Positions 25,501 through 38,304 of a stretch of DNA of 64,000 bases are shown here, in pieces. Under the pieces are notes generated by a model, which did not search any database, was not told where the DNA came from, and worked only from the letters and a program-made list of their open reading frames with translations. Positions within the stretch are counted from its first letter, which is position 1. Every line of letters begins with the position of its first letter. Source of the stretch: Camelus dromedarius (taxonomy: Eukaryota). The position numbers and the translations under genes were made by a program. Location: positions 3,720,001-3,784,000 of the forward strand of contig NC_087436.1 in NCBI RefSeq assembly GCF_036321535.1, in the 5' to 3' direction.

Positions 25501-28500
25501 CATTCACACACACTTATCTCTCAGAACTGAGCATGTGGAGAGACGTTAGTTCATCTAGCACAAAGGGAGCGGTTTGCAGGAGAAACTTTTACTCTGGTTT
25601 CTCAGTGTGTTTCCTAGAGCCGGTTGGAAGTTAGTGCACTTTTCAGTGTAAAACCGAGTTGGAGCTAGTACCTCCCCATATATATGTATGGAGTGGAGTT
25701 TGCAAGAGAAAAGAAACTTTGTGTTCCCAACAAGCTACGTGAAGCACGGCTTTCACACACAATTATCTCTCAGAACTGAGCATGTGGAGAGACGTTCTTT
25801 CATCTAGCACAAAGGGAACGGGTTGCAGGAGAAACTTTTCCTCTGGTTTCTCAGTCTGTTTCCTAGTGCCGGTTTGAAGTTCCTGCAATTTTCACTGTAA
25901 AACCGAGTTGGAGCTAGTACCTCCCCATATATATGTATGCAGTGGTGTTTGCAACTGAAAAGAAACTTTGTGTTCCCAACAAGCTAGGTGAAGGGCGGCT
26001 TTCACACACAATTATCTCTCAGAACTAAGCATGTGGAGAGACGTTCGTTCATCTAGCAGAAAGGGAAGAGTTTGCAGGAGAACATATTACTCTGTTTTCT
26101 CAGTCTTTTTCCTACTGCCGGGTTGATGTTCCTGCAGTTTTCACTGTAAAAAAGTGTTGGAGCTATTACCTCCCCATATATATGTATGGAGTGGTGTTTG
26201 CAACTGAAAAGATACTTTGTGTTCCCAACAAGCAAGGTGAAGGACGGCTTTCACACACAATTATCTCTCAGAACTGAGCATGAGGAGAGACGTTCGTTCA
26301 TCTAGCACAAAGGGAAAGAGTTGAAGAAGAAACTTTTACTCTGGTTTCTCAGTCTGTTTCCTAGTGCCGGTTTGAAGTTCCTGCAGTTTTCACTGTAAAA
26401 CCGAGTTGGAGCTAGTACCTCCCCTTATATATGTATGGAGTGGTGTTTGCAAGTGAAAAGAAACTTTGTGTTCCCAACAAGCTAGGTCAAGGACGGCTTT
26501 CACACACACTTATCTCACAGAACTGAGCATGTGGAGAGACGTTCGTTCATCTAGCACAAAGGGAACGTTTTGCAGGAGAAACATTTTCTCTGGTTTCTCA
26601 GTCTTTTTCCTAGTGCCTGATTGAAGTTCCTGCAGTTTTCCCTGTAAAACCGAGATGGAGCTAGTACCTCCCCTTATATATGTATGGAGTGGAATTTGCA
26701 AGTGAAAAGAAACTTTGTGTTCCCAACAAGAAATATGAAGTACGGATTTCACACACACTTATCTCTCAGAACTGAGCATGTGGAGAGACGTTCGTTCATC
26801 TAGCACAAAGGGAACGGGTTGCAGGAGAAACTTTTACTCTGGTTTCTCAGTCTGTTTCCTAGTGCCGGTTTGAAGTTCCTGCAGTTTTCACTGTAAAAAC
26901 TAGTTGGAGCTTGTACCTCCCCCTATATATGTATGGAGTGGTGTTTGCAACTGAAAAGAAACTTTGTGTTCCCAACAAGCTAGGTGAATGACGGCTTTCA
27001 CACCCACTTATCTCTCAGAACTGAGCATGTGGAGAGACGTTCGTTCATCTAGCACAAAGGGAACGGTTTGCAGGAGAAACTTTTACTCTGGTTTCTCAGT
27101 CTTTTTCCTACTGCCGGGTTGATGTTCCTGCAGTTTTCACTGTAAAAAAGAGTTGGAGCTATTACCTCCCCATATATATGTATGGAGTGGTGTTTGCAAC
27201 TGAAAAGATACTTTGTGTTCCCAACAAGCTAGGTGAAGGACGGCTTTCACACACACATATCTCTCTGAACTGAGCATGTGGAGAGACGTTCGTTCATCTA
27301 GCAGAAAGGGAACAGGTTGCAGGAGAAACTTTTTCTCTGGTTTCTAAGTCTATTTCCTACTGCCGGTTTGAATTTCCTGCAGTTTTCACTGTAAAACCGA
27401 GTTGGAGCTAGTGCCTCAGCATATATATGTATGGAGTGGAGTTTGCAACTGAAAAGAAACTTTGTGTTCAAACAAGATAGGTGAAGGACGGCTTTCACAC
27501 ACACATATCTCTCAGAACAGAGCATCTGGGGAGACGTTCGTTCATCTAGCACAAAGGGAACGGGTTGCAGGTGAAACTTTTATTCTGGTTTCTCAGTCTG
27601 TTTCCTAGTGCCGGTTTGAAGTTCCTGCAGTTTTCACTGTAAAACCGAGTTGGAGCTAGTACCTCCCCTTATATATGTATGGAGTGGTGTTTGCAAGTGA
27701 AAAGAAACTTTGTGTTCCCAACAAGCTAGGTGAAGGACGGCTTTCACACACACTTATCTCACAGAACTAAGCATGTGGAGAGACGTTCGTTAATCTAGCA
27801 CAAAGGGAATGTTTTGCAGGAGAAACTTTTTCTCTGGTTTCTCAGTCTTTTTCCTAGTGCCTGATTGAAGTTCCTGCAGTTTTCCCTGTAAAACCGAGTT
27901 GGAGCTAGTACCTCCCCTTATATATGTATGGAGTGGAATTTGCAAGTGAAAAGAAACTTTGTGTTCCCAACAAGAAATGTGAAGTACGGATTTCACACAC
28001 ACTTATCTCTCAGAACTGAGCATGTGGAGAGACGTTCGTTCATCTAGCACAAAGGGAACGGGTTGCAGGAGAAACTTTTACTCTGGTTTCTCAGTCTGTT
28101 TCCTAGTGCCGGTTTGAAGTTCCTGCAGTTTTCACTGTAAAAACTAGTTGGAGCTAGTACCTCCCCCTATATATGTATGGAGTGGAGTTTGCAAATGAAA
28201 AGAAACTTTGTGTTCCCAACAACATAGGTGAAGGACGGCTTTCACACACTAATATCTCTCAGAACTGAGCATGTGGAGAGACGTTCGTTCATCTAGCACA
28301 AATGGAAAGGGTTGCAGGAGAAACTTTTACACTGGTTTCTCACTCAGTTTCCTAGTGCCGGTTTGAAGTTCCTCCAGTTTTCACTGTAAAACAGAGTTGG
28401 AGCTAGTACCTCCCCTTATATATGTATGGAGTGGTGTTTGCAACTAAAAAGATACTTTGTGTTCCCAACAAGCTAGTTAAAGGACGGCTTTCACCCACAC

Positions 28501-29843
28501 ATATATCTCAGAACTGAGCATGTGGAGAGACGTTCGTTCATCTAGCACAAATGGAACTGGTTGCAGGAGGTAACTTTTACTCTGGTTTCTCAGTCTGTTT
28601 CCTAGTGCCGGTTTGAAGTTCCTGCAGTTTTCACTGTAAAACCGAGTTGGAGCTAGTACATCCCCTTAAATATGTATGGAGTGGTGTTTGCAAGTGAACA
28701 GAAACTTTGTTTTCCCAAAAAGCTAGGTGAAGGACGGCTTTCACACACACTTATCACTCAGAACTGAGCATGTGCAGAGACGTTCGTTCATCTAGCACAA
28801 AAGGAACGGGTTGCAGGAGAAAATTTTACTCTGGTTTCTCAGTATGTTTCCTAGTGCCGGTTTGAAGTTCCTGCAGTTTACACTGTAAAACGCAGTTGGA
28901 GATATTACCTCCCCATATATATGTATGGAGTGGAGTTTGCAAGTGAAAAGAAACTTTGTGTTCCCAACAAGCTAGGTGAAGGACGGCTTTCACACACAAT
29001 TATCTCTCAGAATGAGCATGTGGAGAGACGTTCGTTCATCTAGCACAAATGGAACGGGTTGCAGGGGAAACTTTTCCTCTGGATTCTCAGTCTGTTTCCT
29101 AGTGCCGGTTTGATGTTCCTGCAGTTTTCACTGTAAAACCGAGTTGGAGCTAGTACCTCCCCATATATATGTATGGAGTGGAAATTGCAACTGAAAAGAA
29201 ACTTTGTGTTCCCAACAAGCTAGGTGAAGGACGGCTTTCACACACACATATCTCTCAGAACTGAGCATGTGGAGAGACGTTCGTTCATCTAGCACAAAGG
29301 GAAAGGGTTGCAGCAGAAACTTTTACTCTGTTTTCTCAGTCTTTTTCCTAGTGCCGGTTTGAAGTTCCTGCAGTTTTCACTGTAAAACCGAGTTGGAGCT
29401 AGTAATTCCCCTTATATATGTATGGAGTGGAATATGCAAGTGAAAAGGAATTTTGTGTTCCCAACAAGCTAGGTGAAGGACGGTTTCACACACACTTACC
29501 TCTCAGAACTGAGCATGTGGAGAGACGTTCGTTCATCTAGCACAAAGGGAACGGGATGCAGGAGAAACATTTACTCAGGTTTCTCAGTCTGTTTCCTAGT
29601 GCCGGTTTGAAGTTCCTGCAGTTCTCACTGTAAAACCGAGTTAGAGCTTGTACCTCCCCATATATATGTATGGAGTGGTGTTTGCAACTAAAAAGAATCT
29701 TGGTGTTCCCAACAAGCTAGTTGAAGGACGGCTTTCACACACACATATCTCTCAGAACTGAGCATGTGGAGAAACGTTCGTTCATCTAGCACAAACGGAA
29801 AGGTTTGCAGCAGAAACTTATACCATGGTTTCTCAGTCTTTTT
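22876..29843. repeat. 28-monomer HOR variant (6968 bp), equal to the 24-mer plus a 4-monomer insertion at ~26111-27106
   Basis: Offsets 23449/30417, 20330/27298 and 20822/27790 are all 6968 bp. The extra monomers carry lineage-2 SNPs (gaacatatta, catgaggag, gagatggag, aagaaatatg). Confidence 0.88.
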
Positions 29844-32800
29844 CCTAGTGCCGGTTTGAATTTCCTGCAGTTTTCACTGTAAAACCGAGTTGGAGCTAGT
29901 ACCTCCCCATATATATGTATGGAGTGGAATTGGCAACTGAAAAGAAACTTTGCGTTCCCAACAAGCTAGGTGAAGGACGGCTTTCACACACACTTATCTC
30001 TCAGAACTGAGCATGTGGAGAGACGTTCGTTCATCTAGCACAAATGGAACGGGTTGAAGGAGAAACTTTTACTCTGTTTTCTCAGTCTGTTTCCTAGTGC
30101 CGGTATGAAGTTCCTAAAACTTTCACTGTAAAACAGAGTTGGAGCTAGAACCTCCACATATATAGGTATGGAGTGGAGTTTCCAACTGAAAAGAAACTTT
30201 GTGTTCCCAACAAGCTAGGTGAAGGACGGCTTTCACACACACTTATCTCTCAGAACTGAGCATGTGGAGAGACGTTCGTTCATCTAGCACAAAAGGAAAG
30301 GTTTGCAGCAGAAACTTTTACTCTGGTTTCTCAGTCTGTTTCCTAGTGCCGGTTTGAAGTTCCTGCAGTTTTCATTGTAAAACAGATTTGGAGCTAGGAC
30401 CTCCCATTATATATGTATGGAGTGGAGTTTGCAACTGAAAAGAAACTTTGTGTTCCCAACAAGCAAGGTGAAAGACGGCTTTCACTCACACTTAACTCTC
30501 AGAACTGAGCATGTGGAGAGACGTTCGTTCATCTACCACAAAGGGAACGGGTTGCAGGGGAAACTTTTTCTCTGGTCTCTCAGTCTGTTTCCTAGTGCCG
30601 GTTTGAAGTTCCTGAAGTTTTCACTGAAAAACCGAGTTGGATCTAGTACCTCGCCATATATATGTATGGAGTAGAGTTTGCAAGTGAAAAGAAACTTTGT
30701 GTTCCCAACAAGCTAGGTGAAGGACGGCTTCCACACACACTTATCTCTCAGAACTGAGCATGTGGAGAGACGTTCGTTCATCTAGCACAAAGGGAACGGT
30801 TTGCAGGAGAAACTTTTACTCTGGTTTCTCAGTCTGTTTCCTAGTGCCGGTTTGAATTTCCTGCAGTTTTCACTGTAAAACCGAGTTGGAGCTAGTACCT
30901 CCCCATATATATGTATGGAGTGGAATTGGAAACTGAAAAGAAACTTTGCGTTCCCAACAAGCTAGGTGAAGGACGGCTTTCACACACACTTATCTCTCAG
31001 AACTGAGCATGTGGAGAGACGTTCGTTCATCTAGAACAAATGGAACGGGTTGAAGGAGAAAGTTTTACTCTGGTTTCTCAGTCTGTTTCCTAGTGCCGGT
31101 ATGAAGTTCCTGAAACTTTCAGTGTAAAACCGAGTTGGAGCTAAAACCTCCACATATATAGGTATGGATTGGAGTTTGCAACTGAAAGGAAACTTTGTGT
31201 TCCCAACAAGCTATGTGAAGGACGGCTTTCACACACACTTATCTCTCAGAACTGAGTATGTGGAGAGACTTTCATTCATCTATCACAAAGGGAATGGATT
31301 GCAGGAGAAAATTTACTCTGGTTTCTCAGAGTGTTTCCTAGTGCCTGTTGGGAGATCCTGCAGTTTTCACTGTAAAACCGAGTTGGAGCTAGTACCTCCC
31401 CATATATATTTATGGAGTGGGGTTTGCAAGTGAAAACAATCTTTGTGTTCCCAAAAAGCAAGGTGAAGGACGGCTTTCACACACACTTATCTCTCAGAAC
31501 TGAGCATGTGGAGGGACTTTCGTTCATCTAGCACAAAGGGAATGGGTTGCAGGGGAAACTTTTACTCTGGTTTCTCAGTCTGTTTCCTAGTGTCGTTTTA
31601 AAGTTCCTGCAGTTTCACTGTAAAACAGAGTTGGAGCTAGTACCTACCCATATATATGTATGGAGTGGAGTTTACAACTGAAAAGAAACTTTGTGTTCCC
31701 AACAAGCAAGGTGAAGGACGGCATTCACACACACTTATCTCTCAGAACTGAGCATGTGGAGAGACGTTCGTTCATCTAGCACAAAGGGAACGGTTTGCAG
31801 GAGAAACTTTTACTCTGGTTTCTCAGTGTGTTTCCTAGAGCCGGTTGGAAGTTAGTGCACTTTTCAGTGTAAAACCGAGTTGGAGCTAGTACCTCCCCAT
31901 ATATATGTATGGAGTGGAGTTTGCAAGTGAAAAGAAACTTTGTGTTCCCAACAAGCTACGTGAAGCACGGCTTTCACACACAATTATCTCTCAGAACTGA
32001 GCATGTGGAGAGACGTTCTTTCATCTAGCACAAAGGGAACGGGTTGCAGGAGAAACTTTTCCTCTGGTTTCTCAGTCTGTTTCCTAGTGCCGGTTTGAAG
32101 TTCCTGCAATTTTCACTGTAAAACCGAGTTGGAGCTAGTACCTCCCCATATATATGTATGGAGTGGTGTTTGCAACTGAAAAGAAACTTTGTGTTCCCAA
32201 CAAGCTAGGTGAAGGGCGGCTTTCACACCCACTTATCTCTCAGAACTGAGCATGTGGAGAGACGTTCGTTCATCTAGCAGAAAGGGAAGAGTTTGCAGGA
32301 GAACATATTACTCTGTTTTCTCAGTATTTTTCCTACTGCCGGGTTGATGTTCCTGCAGTTTTCACTGTAAAAAAGGGTTGGAGCTATTACCTCCCCATAT
32401 ATATGTATGGAGTTGTGTTTGCAACTGAAAAGATACTTTGTGTTCCCAACAAGCAAGGTGAAGGACGGCTTTCACACACAATTATCTCTCAGAACTGAGC
32501 ATGAGGAGAGACGTTCGTTCATCTAGCACAAAGGGAACGAGTTGAAGAAGAAACTTTTACTCTGGTTTCTCAGTCTGTTTCCTAGTGCCGGTTTGAAGTT
32601 CCTGCAGTTTTCACTGTAAAACCGTGTTGGAGCTAGTACCTCCCCTTATATATGTATGGAGTGGTGTTTGCAAGTGAAAAGAAACTTTGTGTTCCCAACA
32701 AGCTAGGTCAATGACGGCTTTCACACACACTTATCTCACAGAACTGAGCATGTGGAGAGACGTTCGTTCATCTAGCACAAAGGGAACGTTTTGAAGGAGA

Positions 32801-35070
32801 AACATTTTCTCTGGTTTCTCAGTCTTTTTCCTAGTGCCTGATTGAAGTTCCTGCAGTTTTCCCTGTAAAACCGAGATGGAGCTAGTACCTCCCCTTATAT
32901 ATGTATGGAGTGGAATTTGCAAGTGAAAAGAAACTTTGTGTTCCCAACAAGAAATATGAAGTACGGATTTCACACACACTTATCTCTCAGAACTGAGCAT
33001 GTGGAGAGACGTTCGTTCATCTAGCACAAAGGGAACGGGTTGCAGGAGAAACTTTTACTCTGGTTTCTCAGTCTGTTTCCTAGTGCCGGTTTGAAGTTCC
33101 TGCAGTTTTCACTGTAAAAACTAGTTGGAGCTAGTACCTCCCCCTATATATGTATGGAGTGGAGTTTGCAAATGAAAAGAAACTTTGTGTTCCCAACAAC
33201 ATAGGTGAAGGACGGCTTTCACACACTAATATCTCTCAGAACTGAGCATGTGGAGAGACGTTCGTTCATCTAGCACAAATGGAACGGGTTGCAGGAGAAA
33301 CTTTTACACTGGTTTCTCACTCAGTTCCCTAGTGCCGGTTTGAAGTTCCTCCAGTTTTCACTGTAAAACAGAGTTGGAGCTAGTACCTCCCCTTATATAT
33401 GTATGGAGTGGTGTTTGCAACTAAAAAGATACTTTGTGTTCCCAACAAGCTAGTTAAAGGACGGCTTTCACCCACACATATATCTCAGAACTGAGCATGT
33501 GGAGAGACGTTCGTTCATCTAGCACAAATGGAACTGGTTGCAGGAGATAACTTTTACTCTGGTTTCTCAGTCTGTTTCCTAGTGCCGGTTTGAAGTTCCT
33601 GCAGTTTTCACTGTAAAACCGAGTTGGAGCTAGTACATCCCCTTAAATATGTATGGAGTGGTGTTTGCAAGTGAACAGAAACTTTGTTTTCCCAAAAAGC
33701 TAGGTGAAGGACGGCTTTCACACACACTTATCACTCAGAACTGAGCATGTGCAGAGACGTTCGTTCATCTAGCACAAAAGGAACGGGTTGCAGGAGAAAA
33801 TTTTACTCTGGTTTCTCAGTATGTTTCCTAGTGCCGGTTTGAAGTTCCTGCAGTTTACACTGTAAAACGCAGTTGGAGATATTACCTCCCCATATATATG
33901 TATGGAGTGGAGTTTGCAAGTGAAAAGAAACTTTGTGTTCCCAACAAGCTAGGTGAAGGACGGCTTTCACACACACTTATCTCTCAGAACTGAGCATGTG
34001 GAGAGACGTTCGTTCATCTAGCACAAAGGGAAAGGGTTGCAGCAGAAACTTTAACTCTGCTTTCTCAGTCTGTTTCCTAGTGCCGGTTTGAAGTTCCTGC
34101 AGTTTGCACAGTAAACCCGAGTTGGAGCTAGTACCTCGCCGTATATATGTATGGAGAGGAGTTTGCAAGTGAAAAGAATGTTTGTGTTCCCAACAAGCTA
34201 CGTGAAGAACGGCTTTCACACACACTTATCTCTCAGAACTGAGCATGTGGAGAGACGTTCGTTCATCTAGCACAAAGGGAAAGGGTTGCAGCAGAAACTT
34301 TTACTCTGTTTTCTCAGTCTTTTTCCTAGTGCCGGTTTGAAGTTCCTGCAGTTTTCACTGTAAAACCGAGTTGGAGCTAGTACCTCCCCATATATATGTA
34401 TGGAGTGGAATTTGCAAGTGAAAAGGAATTTTGTGTTCCCAACAAGCTAGGTGAAGGACGGTTTCACACACACTTATCTCTCAGAAATGAGCATTTGGAG
34501 AGACGTTCGTTCATCTAGCACAAAGGGAACGGGTTGCAGGAGAAACTTTTACTCTTGTTTCTCAGTCTGTTTCCTAGTGCCGGTTTGAAGTTCCTGAAGT
34601 TTTCACTGTAAAACCGAGTTGGAGCTAGTACCTCCCCATATATATGTATGGAGTGGAGTTTGCATCTGAAAAGTAACTTTGTGTTTCCAACAAGCTAGGT
34701 GAAGGACGGCATTCACACACACTTATCTCTCAGAACTGAGCATGTGGAGAGACGTTCGTTCATCCAGCACAAAGGGAACGGGATGCAGGAGAAACATTTA
34801 CTCAGGTTTCTCAGTCTGTTTCCTAGTGCCGGTTTGAAGTTCCTGCAGTTTTCACTGTAAAACCGAGTTAGAGCTTGTACCTCCCCATATATATGTATGG
34901 AGTGGTGTTTGCAACTAAAAAGAATCTTGGTGTTCCCAACAAGCTAGTTGAAGGACGGCTTTCACACACACATATCTCTCAGAACTGAGCATGTGGAGAA
35001 ACGTTCGTTCATCTAGCACAAACGGAAAGGGTTGCAGCAGAAACTTATACCATGGTTTCTCAGTCTTTTT
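29844..35070. repeat. 21-monomer HOR variant (5227 bp) with an S/V fusion monomer
   Basis: The J-to-J distance is 29844 to 35071. The monomer at ~31586 starts as S (gttttaaag, cctaccc, tttacaac) and ends as V (gcaaggtg, ggcattc, cagtgtg). Confidence 0.85.
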
Positions 35071-36812
35071 CCTAGTGCCGGTTTGAATTTCCTGCAGTTT
35101 TCACTGTAAAACCGAGTTGGAGCTAGTACCTCCCCATATATATGTATGGAGTGGAATTGGCAACTGAAAAGAAACTTTGCGTTCCCAACAAGCTAGGTGA
35201 AGGACGGCTTTCACACACACTTATCTCTCAGAACTGAGCATGAGGAGAGACGTTCGTTCATCTAGCACAAATGGAACGGGTTGAAAGAGAAACTTTTACT
35301 CTGGTTTCTCAGTCTGTTTCCTAGTGCCGCTATGAAGTTCCTAAAACTTTCACTGTAAAATCGAGTTGGAGCTAGAACCTCCACATATATAGGTATGGAG
35401 TGGAGTTTGCAACTGAAAAGAAACTTTGTGTTCCCAACAAGCTAGGTGAAGGACGGCATTCACAGACACTTATCTCTCAGAACTGAGCATGTGGAGAGAC
35501 GTTCGCTCATCTAGCACAAAAGGAAAGGTTTGCAGCAGAAACTTTTACTCTGGTTTCTCAGTCTGTTTCCTAGTGCCGGTTTGAAGTTCCTGCAGTTTTC
35601 ACTGTAAAACAGATTTGGAGCTAGGACCTCCCATTATATATGTATGGAGTGGAGTTTGCAACTGAAAAGAACTTTGTGTTCCCAACAAGCAAGGTGAAAG
35701 ACGGCTTTCACTCACACTTAACTCTCAGAACTGAGCATGTGGAGAGACGTTCGTTCATCTACCACAAAGGGAACGGGTTGCAGGGGAAACTTTTTCTCTG
35801 GTTTCTCAGTCTGTTTCCTAGTGCCGGTTTGAAGTTCCTGAAGTTTTCACTGAAAAACCGAGTTGCATCTAGTACCTCGCCATATATATGTATGGAGTGG
35901 AGTTTGCAAGTGAAAAGAAACTTTGTGTTCCCAACAAGCTAGGTGAAGGACGGCTTCCACACACACTTATCTCTCAGAACTGAGCATGTGGAGAGACTTT
36001 CGTTCATCTAGCACAAAGGGAACGGGTTGCAGGAGAAACTTTTACTCTGGTTTCTCAGTCTGTTTCCTAGTGCCGGTTTGAATTTCCTGCAGTTTTCACT
36101 GTAAAACCGAGTTGGAGCTAGTACCTCCCCATATATATGTATGGAGTGGAATTGGAAACTGAAAAGAAACTTTGCGTTCCCAACAAGCTAGGTGAAGGAC
36201 GGCTTTCACACACACTTATCTCTCAGAACTGAGCATGTGGAGAGACGTTCGTTCATCTAGCACAAATGGAACGGGTTGAAGGAGAAAGTTTTACTCTGGT
36301 TTCTCAGTCTGTTTCCTAGTGCCGGTATGAAGTTCCTGAAACTTTCACTGTAAAACCGAGTTGGAGCTAAAACCTCCACATATATAGGTATGGAGTGGAG
36401 TTTGCAACTGAAAGGAAACTTTGTGTTCCCAACAAGCAAGGTGAAAGACGGCTTTCACTCACACTTAACTCTCAGAACTGAGCATGTGGAGAGACGTTCG
36501 TTCATCTAGCACAAAGGGAACGGGTTGCAGGGGAAACTTTTTCTCTGGTTTCTCAGTCTGTTTCCTAGTGCCGGTTTGAAGTTCCTGAAGTTTTCACTGA
36601 AAAACCGAGTTGGAAATAGTACCTCGCCATATATATGTATGGAGTGGAGTTTGCAAGTGAAAAGAAACTTTGTGTTCCCAACAAGCTAGGTGAAGGACGG
36701 CTTCCACACACACTTATCTCTCAGAACTGAGCATGTGGAGAGACGTTCGTTCATCTAGCACAAAGGGAACGGGTTGCAGGAGAAACTTTTACTCTGGTTT
36801 CTCAGTCTGTTT

Positions 36813-38304
36813 CCTAGGGCCGGTTTGAATTTCCTGCATTTTCACTGCAAAACCGAGTTGGAGCTAGAACCTCCCCATATATATGTATGGAGTGGGGTTT
36901 GCAACTGAAAAGAAACTTTGTGTTCCCATCAATCTAGGTGAAGAACGGCTTTCACACCCACTTATCTCTCAGAACTGAGCATGTGGAGAGACGTTCGTTC
37001 ATCTAGCACAAAGGGAACGGGTTGAAGGGGAAACTTTTACTCTGGTTTCTCAGTCTGTTTCCTAGTGCCGGTTTGAAGTTTCTGCAGTTTACACTGTAAA
37101 ACGGAGTTGGAGCTAATACCTCCCCATATATATGTATGGAGTGGAATTTGCAACTGAAAAGAAGCTTAGTATTCCCAACAAGCTTGGTGAAGGACGGCTT
37201 TCACACACAATTATCTCTCAGAACTGAGCATGCGGAGAGACGTTCGTTCATCTAGCACAAAGGGAACGGGTTGCACTGGAAACTTTTACTCTGGTTTCTC
37301 AGTCTGTTTCCTAGGGTCGGTTTGAAGTTCCTGCAGTTTTCACTGTAAATCAGAGTTGGAGATAGTACCTCCCCATATATATGTATGGAGTGGAGTTTGC
37401 AAGTGAAAAGAAACTTTGTGTTCCCAACAAGCTAGGTGAAGGACGGCTTTCACACCCAATTATCTCTCAGAACTGAGCATGTGTAGAGACGTTCGTTCAT
37501 CTTGAACAAAGGGAACGGGTTGCAGGAGAAACTTTTACTCTGGTTTCTCAGACTGTTTCCTAGTTCCGGTTTGAAGTTCCTGCAGATTTCACTGTAAAAA
37601 CGAGTTGGAGCTAGTACCTCCCCATATATATGTATGCAATGGAGTTTGCAAATGAAAAGAATCTTTGTGTTCCCAACAAGCTAGGTGAAGGACGGCTTTC
37701 ACACACACTTATGTCTCAGAACTGAGCATGTGGAGAGACGTTCGTTCATCTAGAACAAAGGGAACGGGTTGCAGGAGAAACTTTTACTCCGGTTTCTCAG
37801 ACTGTTTCCTAGAGAGGTTTATAAGTTCCTGGAGTTTTCACTGTAAAACAGTTTTGGTGCTAGTAACTCCCCATATATATGTATGGAGTGGAGTTTGCAA
37901 CTGAAAAGAAACTTTGTGTTCCCAACAAGCTAGGTGAAGGACGGCTTTCACACACAATTATCTCTCAGAACTGAGCATGTAGAGAGACGTTCGTTCATCT
38001 AGCAAAAAGGGGAAGGTTTGCAGGTTAAACTTTTACTCTGGTTTCTCAGTCATTTCCTACTGCCGGTTTTAAGTTCCTGAGGTTTTCACTGTAAAACAGA
38101 TTTGGAGCTAGAACCTCCCCATATATATGTATGGAGTGGAGTTTGCAACTGAAAAGAATTTTGGTGTTCCCAACAAGCTAGGTGAAGGACGGCTTTCACA
38201 CACAATTATCTTTCAGAACTGAGCATGTGTAGAGATGTTCGTTCATCTAGCACAAAGGGAACGGGTTGCAGGAGAAACTTTTACTCCGGTTTCTCAGTCT
38301 GTTT
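36813..38304. repeat. Six divergent monomers with no second copy seen in this window
   Basis: Private variants such as cccatcaatctagg, gaagcttagtattccc, ttgcactgga, catcttgaac, agagaggtttataag and ggggaaggtttgcaggttaaac were not seen elsewhere in the window. Confidence 0.75.
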
